Shown here: one piece after another, positions 38,121 through 51,015 of the stretch
Layout: each line of letters opens with the position of its first letter
How positions within the stretch are numbered: position 1 is the stretch's first letter
NCBI RefSeq assembly: GCF_018977255.1
Contig: NW_024704743.1
Location: 63,614,001-63,678,000, forward strand
Reading direction: 5' to 3'
DNA: 64,000 bases
Source: Callorhinchus milii
Lineage: Eukaryota
Notes under the pieces: generated by a model
Database searches by the model: none
What the model was told of the DNA's origin: nothing
What the model saw: the letters and a program-made list of their open reading frames with translations, nothing else
Translations under genes and position numbers: made by a program

Positions 38121-38559
38121 AGCTGAACTGGACCTCAATTAATTTGTATTGGTTATCCCAAACCTGGACAGGAAGTGACATAACAATTCTCCAACAACTA
38201 TCATGATAACATGTATTACATCCCCACAGTTGCACAGTTAAAAAAATTGCAAGTCAGCAACAGAGAAGACAATAACTCCTATTTATTTTAGCCATAAGAC
38301 AAGTTAAGAGCTCCAATATTAGTTCCCCAAATGGTTGGGGCACTGTTTTATAAAACCGACGAGTTGGACAGCACAAAAGACAAATTCACAATTGGTCCTT
38401 TTTGATTTCTGACATTTTAGATAGAAGTAATTTAGTAAAATGAAATACCAGCTTGTTAAGAGTCTGAAGTGGAGATGGAGATGAACCTGAATGTTAGACA
38501 ATTTTGCTTCTGCCACCCCCGACCACCCCCTCAATTTCCAGAAGTTGTTTGAGTAGCAG

Positions 38560-39065
38560 AGAACACAAACATCAATTTCTAATGATGCTGAACATCTTGT
38601 CTTGCCCATTTAGAATCTTAAAGACAGCAATCATGTCGCCTCTCAATCTTCTCTTTTCCATCATGAAGATGCCCAATTTACTTAGTCAATCCTCATAGTC
38701 CACTCCTTAATTTCCCTCAATCATTTTGGTTGCCCTCCTCTGTATCGTCTCGATTTCTCCAATATCCTTTTTGTACTGCAGCAGGGAGAGGGAGAGCTTC
38801 AATTTATTGTCAATCAAGACCCACAGATCCTGTCCCATACATATTATTTTCCTTCCATTAAAATAATAGTTCCTTCCAGGATTTTTTGTCCCCATGTGAA
38901 GTACTTACATTTCTCCACACTGAATTTCATCTGCCACTGATCTCAATTCCCAAGTATGTTCAAATCTTCCTGCAACCGACCTTGTTCAGCTTCGCAATCT
39001 ACCGCCTTCATTACCTTGGTGTCAGCTGCAAACTTAGCCACTGTGCTTGCGACTCCTATTTCCAG
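38560..39065 (-). mobile_element. Old CR1 RT fragment
   Basis: YKKDIGEIETIQRRATKMI; KFAADTK-like motif. Confidence 0.75.
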
Positions 39066-39079
39066 ATCTTACCATCTCA

Positions 39080-39520
39080 GCTGTGTGTCAGCTTGGCTCA
39101 GTGGTAGCACTTTCACCTCTGAGTCAGAAGTTTGTGGGTTCAAATCCCAAGTCAGGATATGAACTCAGATAGTCTAAGGTGACATTCCAATGAGTGCTGG
39201 GGGGTGTTGCATTGTCGTAAGTGCAGTCCTTCAGATAAGATGTTAAACCGAGGTCCCATTTGCCTATTCAGGTGGACGATAAAGAGCCATGGCACTATTT
39301 GAAAACAGAAGTTTCTCCCAGTGTCCTGTCCAAAAATCCCCCAGATAACATTGGTCACTCATTCCACAGCTGTTTGTGAGACTTTGTTATGCACAATTGT
39401 GCTGTTGCATTTACCTACAAATACACAGTCACTCCATTTCACAGTATATCCTGTGACAAGTTATATTTGAGACATCCTTCCAATGTGATAAGGTCTGTGC
39501 TTACCAAATGCAAGGATTAA
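39080..39520 (+). mobile_element. Older DeuSINE, full length
   Basis: tggctcagtggtagcac...gggttcaaatccc head, Deu domain, tail. Confidence 0.85.
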
Positions 39521-40247
39521 TATGATCATCTCCACATTTGGGTCCAACTTTATTGTACAATCTTGGTTTCAAAGTACAGTTCAAAAGTGGTAAATTCAGT
39601 ACTTTGTTTTCTCAAAAGAATAGCGTTGTTGCTCAGTGCTCAAAACAAACAACTTGGCATCTGAGGAAATGTTAGAGTACACACTTCAACCAGTTCAAGG
39701 ACTGGGACTCAGGACCAACCACAGCACAAAAACACACTGCACCACCAGCTGATCACCATTCTATAAGAAGATTAACACATTTCACATTCAAAGAGTAGTC
39801 CTATAACGAAACAGGAATTTCATCATTACTATTCCTTAACTCTAGACCTAGGTAAGCCTACCATGTCTGAGTACTTAACATTCCATAGTATCAAAATGAA
39901 TAAAGTTCAAAGTTTCATAATCCATTCCCTTAAATAACTTCCAATCTTATGACAGGAAATAAAAAAAAATTTTCACCAATTTATCTCCCCTATTTTTCTT
40001 TCTTCCTCTCCATGAGGCTTTTGACTCTTTTTTCTGCTAATCCTGGCCTTCGAGTTTAGGAACCACACGTATACATTTCAGATGAGATCTGAAGTAAAAC
40101 ACCTATGAATCGCAAGTCAAGATAATATAATAATCCTTGCATTTGATTTAGCACCTTATCATCTCATCGAGATGTCTCAAATAACTTCCGCAAGATTTTA
40201 CTGTGAAGTGTGGTGACTATGCATTCACAAGGCGCAGAAGTTACTAA

Positions 40248-40679
40248 AGTGAAGGCAATACCTCATGCACTAAAGATTCTCCCTAATTGCCATAATTCAA
40301 GAAAAGCTAAACTTAGCTGCTAAAAGGTAGTAGGCATAACATCCTTTCATTCTTGCACTGAAATCATAACTTTTACATAGCTAGGAATTACAGAACAAAT
40401 GAAAACTAAAGTTCTTCTATTGAGAAGATTACAAGATAACCCAATTAATCCAAGATTTAGCAATATGAATAGGCCTGGTCATATTGATTTTTAAAATAAG
40501 ATGGTTCACTGGGCTGTTATAAGTTTTCTCAGTTTCATTCTTTTCAGTTAAATAAACTTGCTGTGTCAATGAACCCTAAAGAAGCCTTCTTACAGTTGGT
40601 CTGTATTTTAAAGTAGCCATAAGAGAATTTGTTCCATTGTACAAATGCAATTTTTAGTGCATGAGGTATTGCCTTCACT
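40248..40679. mobile_element. MITE with perfect 27-bp TIRs (Kolobok/T2-like)
   Basis: agtgaaggcaatacctcatgcactaaa (40248-40274) and its exact reverse complement (40653-40679); left flank ctaa resembles a TTAA target. Confidence 0.7.
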
Positions 40680-40680
40680 A

Positions 40681-40981
40681 GTGGAGTCCTGTAGCTCAGT
40701 GGTTAGAGCACTCGCCCTGTAAGCGAGAGACCTGGGTTAGATTCTCGGTAGGGCAAGTTTCGTTGCTCCACACGCCTGATAATTCCACAAGAAAAAAAAC
40801 AATAATAATTTGGTCACTCCATCCACGACTGTTTGTGGGACACTGCTGTGCACAATTGGCTGTTGTATTTTGCCCACAAATACACAGTCAATTCACTTTA
40901 CAGTATATTCTGTGAAGCGTTTTAAGACGTCTAGAAGACATGAAAAGCACTATATCAAATGCAGGATTACTATTATTATTA
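40681..40981 (+). mobile_element. tRNA/Deu SINE, short form
   Basis: Alignment to other copies. Confidence 0.9.
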
Positions 40982-41318
40982 TCTGCAGTGATTATGTGTC
41001 AGATTTTAGAAAAGAGTGAATGAAAATGGAAGCGTGATATAGGTGGCACATGCTCCAATCCTCACTCCACCCTGTCGTAAAGCACCTGGCTTCTACCCAG
41101 CTTCTCCTCAGTAGCTGAACTGAGATTTCTAATCCACCATCTGGGGAATCACTAATGCACACCAAAACCAAAATGTAGCACACAATGTCCACAGGAGTGG
41201 AAAGGAAACCCGACACAGACTTATTGCAATAAGTATATTCTGTTTACTATTAACAACAACAACATCTTGCATTTATACCCTTTACTTGGGTAGAATCTCA
41301 AAGTGTTTAAATGATATA

Positions 41319-41495
41319 CAGTAAACTCCTGATAAATTGTCACTCCAAGGGAAAAGGACTGAGTGACAAGTTATCCAGAGTGGCAAGTTAGGCATACGTA
41401 TAAATATGTAAATAAATGCGACCAGAATATTGACAGCATGATGATTTAAGTGGTAGTGGCAGGTTAAGCCAGGTTGAGGTATTAGAAGTTTACTG
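41319..41495. mobile_element. Tigger/pogo-like MITE (177 bp)
   Basis: TA-cagtaaactcctgata ... tattagaagtttactg (14/16 TIR match). Confidence 0.7.
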
Positions 41496-41498
41496 TTG

Positions 41499-41931
41499 CA
41501 GTATAAACCTCCCTTCGAAAAATAATGATATTGATACCAATATAACAAATAACTAATCCAAATGGTATATGGCTAAATTGAAATATACATAAGTAGTGTT
41601 TCATTTGAAACACGTGTGGAAAACAAAGTCTTGACTTGTCACCACTTATGCACTTACCGATTGCAGTGATGAAGTACCGTACGTGCAGTATGGTGTACTC
41701 GGTTTGATATCAACCCGGGATACAAAATCTTGACTCGTCATCATGGCATCAGGCAGTACAGGCTAAATGCAAGTTAGTGACAAGGACCTTGTACTTGTTT
41801 ACTGTATTTGTTGTGTTAGTCATATAAAATCCGACTCATGCATAACTTTACATAATTCATACATGGTACGACTCAGGCAATTTTAATGTAAAACTTCGTG
41901 CAAGTCATAAATGTTTATGCGAGTTTTACTC
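41499..41931. mobile_element. Tigger/pogo-like element fragment
   Basis: Ends in gagttttact; 41780-41931 homologous to 19370-19536. Confidence 0.55.
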
Positions 41932-42059
41932 TTTATGGTTGGATTTAAAATGTCCAGTCTGCATCAGAGGTAGATTCTGCAGCAATCAACAACTTGTACT
42001 TATATTGCTTTCTTTACGTAGGACTTATATTGGATGAAGAAACTGATAGCTGGTACATT

Positions 42060-42375
42060 AAGTCAGAAGGTTGTGGATTTGAGACCCATGTTGGGACTTC
42101 AAGCTCAAAATCTCAGCTAGCACTTTAGTGGAGTATTGGGGAAGCACAGCATTGTTCGAGGTGTCATTCTTCTGAGATGTTAAACCAAGAAATGGTTAGA
42201 AAAGAGAAAGGAGTTTCTCCGGGTGTACTGGCCAACAATTCTCCAAACAAATTGGTCATTCAATTCCTGGCTGTTGTGGGGCCTTGCTAAATGCAAATTG
42301 GCTGCCACATTTACCTACAAGCACTCCAATGCGCTAACCTGTGTGAAGAGAGCTATATAAATGTAAGTTGTTGTA
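42060..42375 (+). mobile_element. Older DeuSINE
   Basis: agtcagaaggttgtgg head remnant, Deu core, tail. Confidence 0.7.
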
Positions 42376-42440
42376 AAAATAAATGGGTCACACACTCAAC
42401 AGTAATCACCTATGAAGTTTTTTTGCACGGTTTCAACATA

Positions 42441-42793
42441 GTGGAGTCCTGCAGCATAGTGGTTAGCAGGCTCGCCTCACAAGCGAGAGTACCCAGATTT
42501 GAATCCCGATCAGGGTGAACCCTGAGGCAAGTTTCCTTATTCCACATGCCTCTGTTTACCTAGTAGGAACACGGTTATTAGTTGATTGGTGGATTGCTTT
42601 CCAGGGGTTATTATCCTTCAAAAAATGAATTTAGTCACTCAATCCAAGAGTGTTTGTGGGACACTACTGTGCACAATTGGCCGCCGTGTTTTTATCCACA
42701 ATATATACAGAAAAAACGCTTTACAATATATTTAGTGAAGTGCTTTGACACGTCTTAATGACGTGATGAGGCATCAAATGCAAGGATTATTAT
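42441..42793 (+). mobile_element. tRNA/Deu SINE, long form
   Basis: Alignment to other copies. Confidence 0.88.
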
Positions 42794-43855
42794 AACAGGT
42801 TCTATATAAATTGAAAAGATTACTTTATTATTTACCTTCAGTAAAAAATGTAATATTGCTAATTCCCTTCTGTTTCTATTGATTTGAGGGCTGATATGGT
42901 CAGGAATTTTTTTGGGGAAGGTAATGAAACCAGTGATGGGAAATGAAACCAAATTACTGCGATAAAGTCTGAAATGTTTCAATGATTTCATCAGATAAAC
43001 TGTGCAAAAAAATAAATAAGGTTCAATAACTGCTCTAAATCAATATCTCTAATTTCACTCACTGGTAAACAAATATTTCATACAAAAGTAATGTAAAATG
43101 CATTGAATCATAGAATCATAGAATTATACAGCACAGGAGGAGGCCATTCGGCCCATCATGTCTGCGCCGGCTCTGAGAAAATAGCTACCCAATTCAATCC
43201 CACTCCCCCGCGCTCTCCCTACCCTGCAAACTTGTCCTCCTCAAATAATTATCTACTTCTCCTTTAAAAGCTGTTATCGAATCGGCTTCCCCCACCCTTT
43301 CAGGCAATGCATTCCAGAACCGAACAACACGCGGTGTAAAAAAAATTCTCCTCACCTCCCCTCTGTTTCTTTTAACAACTATTTTAAATCGATCCCCTCG
43401 GGTTACCAACCCACCCACCAGTGGAAATAGTTTCTCCTTGTTCACCCTATCGAATCCCCTCATAATGTTGAAAACTTCTATTAAGTCTCCTCTTAACCTC
43501 CTCTGCGCTAAGGAGAATAATCCTAGTGTCTCTAGCCTCTCCTCATAAATTAAGTCCCTCATTCCTGGTACCATCCTGGTAAGTCGCCTTTGCACCAATC
43601 TCCAATGCCTTGACATCCATCCTAAAGTGCGGTGCTCAGAACTGAACACAGTCTCTCGCTGAGGCTTAACCAATGTTTTAAAGGTTCGTCATAACTTCCT
43701 GACTTTTGTATTCTATGTTCATATTTATGAAGCCTAATATCTCATTTTTTTTTTAAACAGCTTTATCTATCTGTCCTGCCAGCTTCAAGGATTTACTTAT
43801 ATGAACCCCCGGGTCTCTCTGTTCCTTCACTCCCTTTAAGATTGGACCATCAATT

Positions 43856-44168
43856 CGGAGTCCTGTAGCTCAGTGGTTAGAGCACTCGCTTTGCAAGCGA
43901 GAGACCTGAGTTCAATTCCAGACAGGGCGAAACCTTGGGCAAGTTTCCTTACTCCACACGCCTAATAATAATCCCTCCAAAACCAAAAACAATAATAAAT
44001 TGGTCATTTTCAATCAACGACTGTTTGTGGGACATTGCTGTGCGCAATTGGCTGCCGCGTTCGCCCACAAATATACAGTCAATTCACTTTACAGTGTGTT
44101 CTGTGAAGCGCTTTGGGACGTCCTCCTGACGTGAAAAGCGCTATATCAAATGCAAGGATTATTATTAT
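43856..44168 (+). mobile_element. tRNA/Deu SINE, short form, nested in CR1 RT
   Basis: Splits CR1 ...KNEERQ / KIDGPILK; imperfect TSD atcaatt/atcagct. Confidence 0.93.
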
Positions 44169-45736
44169 CAGCTTTTATTGCCTCTCCTCATTCTTCCTCC
44201 CAAAATGCATCACTTTACACTTCTCCATATTAAACTTCACCTGCCACGTGTCCGCCCACTTTACCAGTCTGTCTATGTCCATTTGCAGTCTGCTACTATG
44301 CTCCTCATCGTTTAATACTTTTCCCAGCTTAGCATTATCTGCAAACTTGGAAATTGTAATCCCTGTACCCAAGTCCAGGTCATTTATATAAATCAAAAAC
44401 AGGAATAATCCCAATACTGATCCCTGGGGGACACCACTGCACACTTCCCTCCAGTCAGAAAAACAACTGTTCACCACCACTCTCTGCTTTCTGTCTCCCA
44501 GCCAATTCTGTATCAATGCTGCCACTGCCTTTAATACCGTGGGCTTCTATTTTGCTTACAAGTCTCTTATGTGGCACTTTATCAAACGCAGTTTGAAAAT
44601 GCATATAAACTACATCAACTGCACTGCCTTCATCCACCCACTCTGATACTTCATCAAAAAACTCAATCAGGTTTCTTAGACACAATTTGCCTTTAACAAA
44701 AAACTATTTGGGCTGTCCTTTGTTAACGCATATTGCTCTAAGTGAAAATGTATTTTGTCTCAGATTATATTCTCTAGAAGTTTCCCCACTACTGACATTA
44801 GGCTGACTGGCCTGTAGTTCCCGGGTTTATCCTTCTGCCCCTTTTTGTACAGGGGAGTAACAATTGCAACCCTCCAGTCCTCTGGCACAACCCCAGTGTC
44901 CAAGGAGGATTGAAAGATTTTGGCCAGAGTCTCCGTTATTTCCACCCTTACTTCCCACAGTAACCAAGGATGCGTCCTGTCCGGACCGGGTGACTTATAT
45001 ACCTTGAGCACCAACAACCTTTTTAGTACCTCCTCTCGGTTTATTCTTATCTTATCCAATTTCTCTACCCTCTCCTCCGATACTGTGGCATTGGCTGCAT
45101 TCTCTTCTTTTGTGAAGATAGATGCAAAGACCACATTCAGTATGTCAGCCATACTCTCTGCTCCCACAAGAAGATTTCCTCTTTGGTCCCTAATTGGACC
45201 CACCCAATCTCTTTGCCCCTCTTATTTCCTTTTTCAGTTCTCCTCTGTACTTTCTATATTCTATTTGATTATCTTAAGAATTTTGGACCTGACATTTTTC
45301 ATAAGCCTCCTTTTTGTGTTTTATTTTATTCCCAATTTCCTTATTCATCCAGGGAGGTTTGGATGCCCTACATTTCCCCTTTGTGGGAATGTATTTGTTC
45401 TGTCCCTGAACTATCTCCTCCTTGAAGGCTTCCCATTACTCATTAGCTGTTTTACCTGCCAATCTATCTTTCCAGTCCACCTTGTCCCTTTCCATAAGTA
45501 CTCTAAATCTAATTATGTTGTGATCATTGTTGTCCAGATGCTCTCCTACTAAAACCTGCTCCACTTACCCCACTTCATTCCCCAGAACTAGATCCAGCAC
45601 TGCTTCCTTCCTCGTTGGGCTGGAAACATACTGATCCAGAAAGTTATCCTGCACACATTTCAGGAATCCTTCCCCCTCCTTGCCCTTTACACCATTGTTT
45701 TGCCAATCTATGTTTAAACTAATTGAAGTTCCTCAT

Positions 45737-46915
45737 TGTCCTTGAGTGGTTTAGGTCCTACCTCTCCCACCGTCTTCATTTTGTTACCACAAACGGCTTT
45801 TCCTCCAGCCCCCGCACTGTCTCGTGCGGTGTCCCTCAGGGCTCTGTCCTCGGTCCCCTCCTCTTCACCCTCTATATGCTCCCCCTCGGTGACATCATCC
45901 ACAGACATGGGGTTAACTTCCACATGTATGCGGATGACACCCAACTCTACCTTTCCTCCTCTACCCTCAACTCCACGACCACCGATGTCCTGACAGCTGC
46001 CTGTCCGACATCGAGTCCTGGACGAGAGATAACTTTCTTCAGCTCAATGTGCGCAAAACTGAGGCCCTCCTGATTGGCTCACGTCAGCGCCTCCGCACCT
46101 CAGGCGCTGACACCATCAGCATCCAAGGCTGCACTCTCCACCTCTCAAAGCCAGTCAGGAACCTCGGTGTTTTGTTCGACCCTGAGCTGTCCTTTCTCCC
46201 TCATATCCGCGCCACAACTGGCACCGCCTTCCATCACCTCCGGAATATCGCCAGACTACGGCACTACCTCACCCCTCACGCTGCTGAAACTCTGGTCCAC
46301 GCCTTTATCACCTCAAGGCTGGACTATGGGAACTCTCTCCTCGCCGGCCTTCCCGGCACCTCCCTCCACAAGCTGCAGGTCATTCAGAACTCTGCAGCTC
46401 GTGTACTGTCCCGCACCAGGCTTCGGGACCACATCACTCCCACCCTCGCTCGCCTCCACTGGCTCCCCATCCCCCAGAGGATCGAATTCAAGATCTTCAT
46501 CCTCACCTACAAGCCCATTCACGGCCTTGCTCCCTCCTACATCTCCGACCTACTATTCCCCCTACTTACCTGCCCGTACCCTCCGTTCCTCTGGCTCCGG
46601 TCTGCTCCACATCCCCCGCCCCAACTGCCCTACCATCGGTGGCCGGGCCTTCAGCCTCTCAGCCCCGAGGCTCTGGAACTCCATCCCCCAGTGCCTTCGC
46701 CGCCTCCTCCCTTTCCTCCTTCAAGGCCGGTCTCAAGACCTTTCTGTTCGACCGTGCCTTCAGCTCCCCTCTCGACTCTCTACCCCCTCCTCGCTCCCTC
46801 CCTTCCCTCCCCTCACCATTTCCCCCCTGCTCGGGTCCCAACCCAACTATCCATCGCCTTGGGACGTCCTCCCGACATGAACGGCGCTTTATAAATGGAA
46901 TCTTGTTGTTGTTGT
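45737..46915 (+). mobile_element. L2 LINE 3' 1.2 kb nested in CR1 APE region
   Basis: [50 protein letters not shown]; (GTT)n tail. Confidence 0.95.
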
Positions 46916-47075
46916 GGTATCACTACTCTATTGGTTTTGCATCTTTCTGAAATCTGCTTGTAGATTTGCTCATCTATCTCCTTCCCACTATTTGGTAGTA
47001 TACACCTAACAGAGTAACAGCTCCTTTTCTGCTACTTAACTCTAACCAAATAGATTATGTTTTTGGTCCCTCTAG

Positions 47076-47460
47076 TAACAACAACAACTTGGATTCATAT
47101 AGCGCCCTCCACTCCGGACAGTGTCTCAAGAGCGCTTCACAGCAACGGATCCCGGGGACGAACCAGTGGGAGGGGGAGGAAGGTGACCAAAGGCGCGGTT
47201 GAAAAGAAAATTCTTCAGCAGGGACCTGAAAATAGGAAGAGAGGGGGCAAGGCGAAGGGAGTAAGAAAGGGAATGCCAGAGCCTTGGGACATAGTGGCTG
47301 AAGGCACGGCCGCCGAGGGTGGAGCGGAGGACTCGGGGGATGAGGAGGAGGCGAGTCCCGGAGGAACAAAGGCAACGGGTACTGTTTTGAGAAGAGAGGT
47401 CAGAGAGGTAGGGGGGTGCAGAGGAGTGGAGGGATTTGAATACAAGGGTGAGGATCAGCA
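47076..47460 (-). mobile_element. L2 3' fragment of a second subfamily nested in CR1
   Basis: LVFKSLHSSAPPYLSDL...AFSHYVPRLWHSL; distinct tail agcgctcttgagacactgtccggagtggagggcgct. Confidence 0.88.
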
Positions 47461-48944
47461 CATCGTCCCTTTCTAGGGCCATAACCGTGTCTTTAATCAA
47501 TATTGCCACCCCCTCCTTTTTTCCCTTTCCTATCCCTCCTGTGTTTGATCCTGCTGTTTTGATACTCACTTGCGTGAGGCACTGGGAGTAATCCAAAGAT
47601 CACCATCTTTGAGGTCCTACTCTTTAGCTTTTTCCCGAGCTTCTGATACTCTCCCTGTAGGATCTCAGTTCTTTTTTTCCCTACGTCATGGATCCCAACA
47701 TGGACCACGACTTCTGAATGTTCCCCTTCCCCCGTAGAACATTTGCACCCGTTCCGTGATGTCTTCAACCCTGGCACCAGGGAGGCAACATACCATGCAA
47801 GAGTCACGTCTTTGGTTGCACAAACACCTGTCTCCTCCTTTCACCATTGTGTCCCCAGTGACAATTGCATTGACACTCTTCCCTGTGTCCTCCCTGTGCA
47901 TCCATTTGCTTTTGACTCCCCTCCCCAGAGGTGTCAGCACCCTCACCGGTACAAAGAACCGGGTTGTGAGTGCCACACTCTCAGGGGATTTCTGCACTGC
48001 CCATCCCTCTCTTCCTACCAAGCCGGGTGGTCACCCACTCACTCTCCTTCTGAACCCTATGTGGCTGTGGGGTGACCACCTCCTGAAACATTCGATCCAT
48101 GAACTCTTCAGCCTCCCATGTATGTAGTGACACCAGCCTCTCCTTGAGCTCAGAAACTCTGAGCTCAAGCTCGAGCAGCCGGAGGCAACTGCTACACACG
48201 TCTGTCCAGGGCACACAAAGCATCCTGGAGTTCCCACATGGCACACATTGTGTGTGCAACCGGTCTCAGCTGCCCTGCCATATTCCCAGACATGCTTTAT
48301 ATTATTTTAATATAAATACTGTATATTTTATAATTCTGCCCCTCTTTCCCCTCCTGCATCAAATTCCCACTCTCACCAAATTCCTTAACAGAATTCTCAC
48401 TCTGTTCCACCTCACTCAGTTCCCTCCTCACCTTGCTGGGCTCTCTGCTCACTTTACAGTCAAATGCAGTTAATTTACAATGTCTTAATGTTTTATAGAA
48501 GGAAACTGCTGGTGCGATTCACTGCCTTTAAACTATCTCCATAAATTAAGAACACTGAACCTTAAAATGTGTGTACATTTATTCAGAGGCTGACCAATAA
48601 GCTAAATGTATTTCAGTATTTTTTCCACTTCCTTATTCCACGTATAGTTTAACTTTGGTAATAATTCCATTTTACTTTCACCAACTTTCTTTCTTCTTCT
48701 AAATGTACACAGTAGCTTATCCTTTTTTGACTTTTGGCTTTCAATCCCCCTCTTCACTCCTATGGAAATACAATCTTTCTGGTCTTTTTCCATGTTTTTG
48801 ATACGACTATAGCCACTGTTTCTCAAGCTCCAAATATGTAATCCTGGCCGCTTATTTTTTTCCCTGTATCCTCACTGTGTGAAAAAATGACTGATCACAC
48901 CATTTCCTCCTAATTTTCTCCCAGTATTGTTTGGCCACTCTGTC

Positions 48945-49410
48945 ATTCAGAAAGTCATCATCATGCTTAAGAACATCCAAACCAAATAGATTACCACATA
49001 CGTATACCACCTACACAAGGAAATTCCCCTGTGAATGGAAAGCGCACTCTCTTCCTGGAGGGTACTACTAATTCTGGAGAGTACGCGGTAGTTTGGCAAG
49101 AGCTAAGGCCTGTGGAACCTATATGTGCCTTGGGATAATGCAAGGGTTTAACCAGCTGGAAAAGCACATAGCTTGCCACTGAAAACACTGCCTGGCAAGC
49201 TTCCTGCTGCTTGTTTAGCTAGTATTCAGCTGGGCATCCTACCCATTTGGGCTTTGACTTGCAGGGTTGAAATGAGCTGAGCGGAATGAGTGAAATACAT
49301 CAGAGTTTGGGAGTGAAACACTTTATTTTCACCCTTGGTCCCAGTGACTGGTCAGTCCTACTAATGAGCCAGGCTGGCTGTGCTGGCATCAGCAGTACCC
49401 TTGCTCCCAG
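48945..49410 (-). mobile_element. Unclassified hairpin-rich repeat, copy 4
   Basis: catcatgcttaagaacatccaaacc...gcgcactctcttcctggaggg...cctacccatttgggctttgacttgcagggt matches the other copies. Confidence 0.7.
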
Positions 49411-50584
49411 CAGACAAATCAATGAAACAACTTAGTTCTCTTGGTTTCTTCTTTTTGCAGAGTTCTAAAACTAATTGGAAGTTTGGCACCATTTAGCCAT
49501 GTCTTCACTTTGTATTTATCATGAAAATATTTTTCATATCTTGCGCTTTTTAACTTTAGTACTGTACAATACACTGACTTTTGCATTCATTTCATACTCG
49601 ACTATTTACACAATAAATATTTTATCCAAATTAAAATTGGTCACTACAACAATGAAATGCTCTACCCAGCACACAGCAAATCTATGTCATGAATCGCAAA
49701 ATTACCAAATATCTTAACATTCAGAATCCAGACAACACAAGCACTATAGTGCTACCGGTCTCAAGGATGCACCACTGCCATTAGCAGCAGTCTCAAGGAT
49801 AGAGTATCTCCTTATAAATCTGCCAATTTTAATAATGAAACCAGAGCTAGATTGCATCAACAGAAGGTTCAGTAGCTGATCAATAAATATCAGATTTGAA
49901 TGGATGCTTAAAAAGATTTCCACCTCATTATATAACAAGTATAGGTGACATTTTCGATGCACAAATTAGCCCATTCTAGAGGGAAATGTAACCCCGCTTA
50001 GCCATTCAAACATGCAAAAATCCTCACTCAGTTATTTGAGCTACCAAGTAGGTTTTAAATAGCTAAGTGGGGTTAGAGAACACAAGATAATATTGATTTT
50101 TTTTCTCCACATTGATGCCGACCTTTTGTCCTTATTCATTGATTTAATGTGTTCAATGTGACCTGTTGGAAACACTCCCATGAGAGACAATATCAAACTG
50201 ACTTAACTGCAAAGCTTTTAACAACTTGTATTCTTGAACACCACACGAGGGAATTAATTCACTGGGTACGTTTCTCTGAAGAATCTCTGACTTTATTTTA
50301 GCTTCAAACACAAATATCACAAATACTGGCCTGCTTCATTTCCCCACCCTATTTGCCCCATCATTCTGCCCCATTCTCTGGAACTCCATCCCAGCCTCCC
50401 TCCAACTCATTTATACCCGCCACTCTTTCAAGATACAACTCAATATATACTGCTTGGCCATGCTTTCGGTCATCTTTCCCCTACTCCAGAGCTTTCACAT
50501 ACAACTGAGGAACCCATTCAGGATTGACAATCACTTTGAGACGTCATTTAAATGTAAAATGAGCTATATAAATGTAAATTGTAT

Positions 50585-51015
50585 TATAATAATCCTTTGT
50601 AACAGTACCTTTTGCTGAAAGTTCTTCATAGAGTTTTTTGTCAAGTGCAGTGAATCTTACTACTCACCAATGACTCATTTCAAAATAACAATTTGTTTCA
50701 AATGAACATGAAAGCCAATTTGTGCACAGCAATGTACCATAAACAGGCAAGAGACAATGACCCATTTAATCGACCAGGACATCAGATGAAGCTCACTTCT
50801 CTTTTTAAATAATGTCATGGATTCTTAAGCATCCACCTGAGCAGGCAAACAGACTCATTTTAATGTCTCAACCAAAGGGCGACACCAACAACATAGCAAT
50901 CCCTCAGCACAATACTGGGATGTCAGGCAGTGAGCAAGTCCTGATGTGGAGCCTGAACACATACAACCTTCTCACTCAAAAGCAGAGAATGCTGTCAACT
51001 GAGCCAGGTGTCACC
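50585..51015 (-). mobile_element. Older DeuSINE
   Basis: Deu core gccaatttgtgcacagcaatg and head remnant on minus. Confidence 0.65.

Larger units (their letters stand above)
43101..48530 (-). mobile_element. Near-full-length decayed CR1 LINE (ORF1 zinc finger/leucine zipper plus SGNH esterase; ORF2 APE plus RT) with three nested insertions
   Basis: ORF1: CVPCG...CSSCLRLLELELRVSELKERL; IVTGDTMVKG...CCLPGARVEDI; VVVHVGIHDV. ORF2: [47 protein letters not shown]. (ATTCTATG)n tail at 43101-43125. Frameshifts and stops throughout. Confidence 0.93.

Noticed and set aside
43856..43930. tRNA-Ala gene
   Set aside because: The cloverleaf is the head of a SINE, continuing into Deu core and L2 tail with no T-run terminator after the acceptor stem.
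44920..45552. 210-aa plus-strand ORF
   Set aside because: Antisense shadow of CR1 ORF2.
46049..46894. 281-aa ORF as a functional or domesticated gene
   Set aside because: 5'-truncated, frameshifted L2 RT C-terminus.
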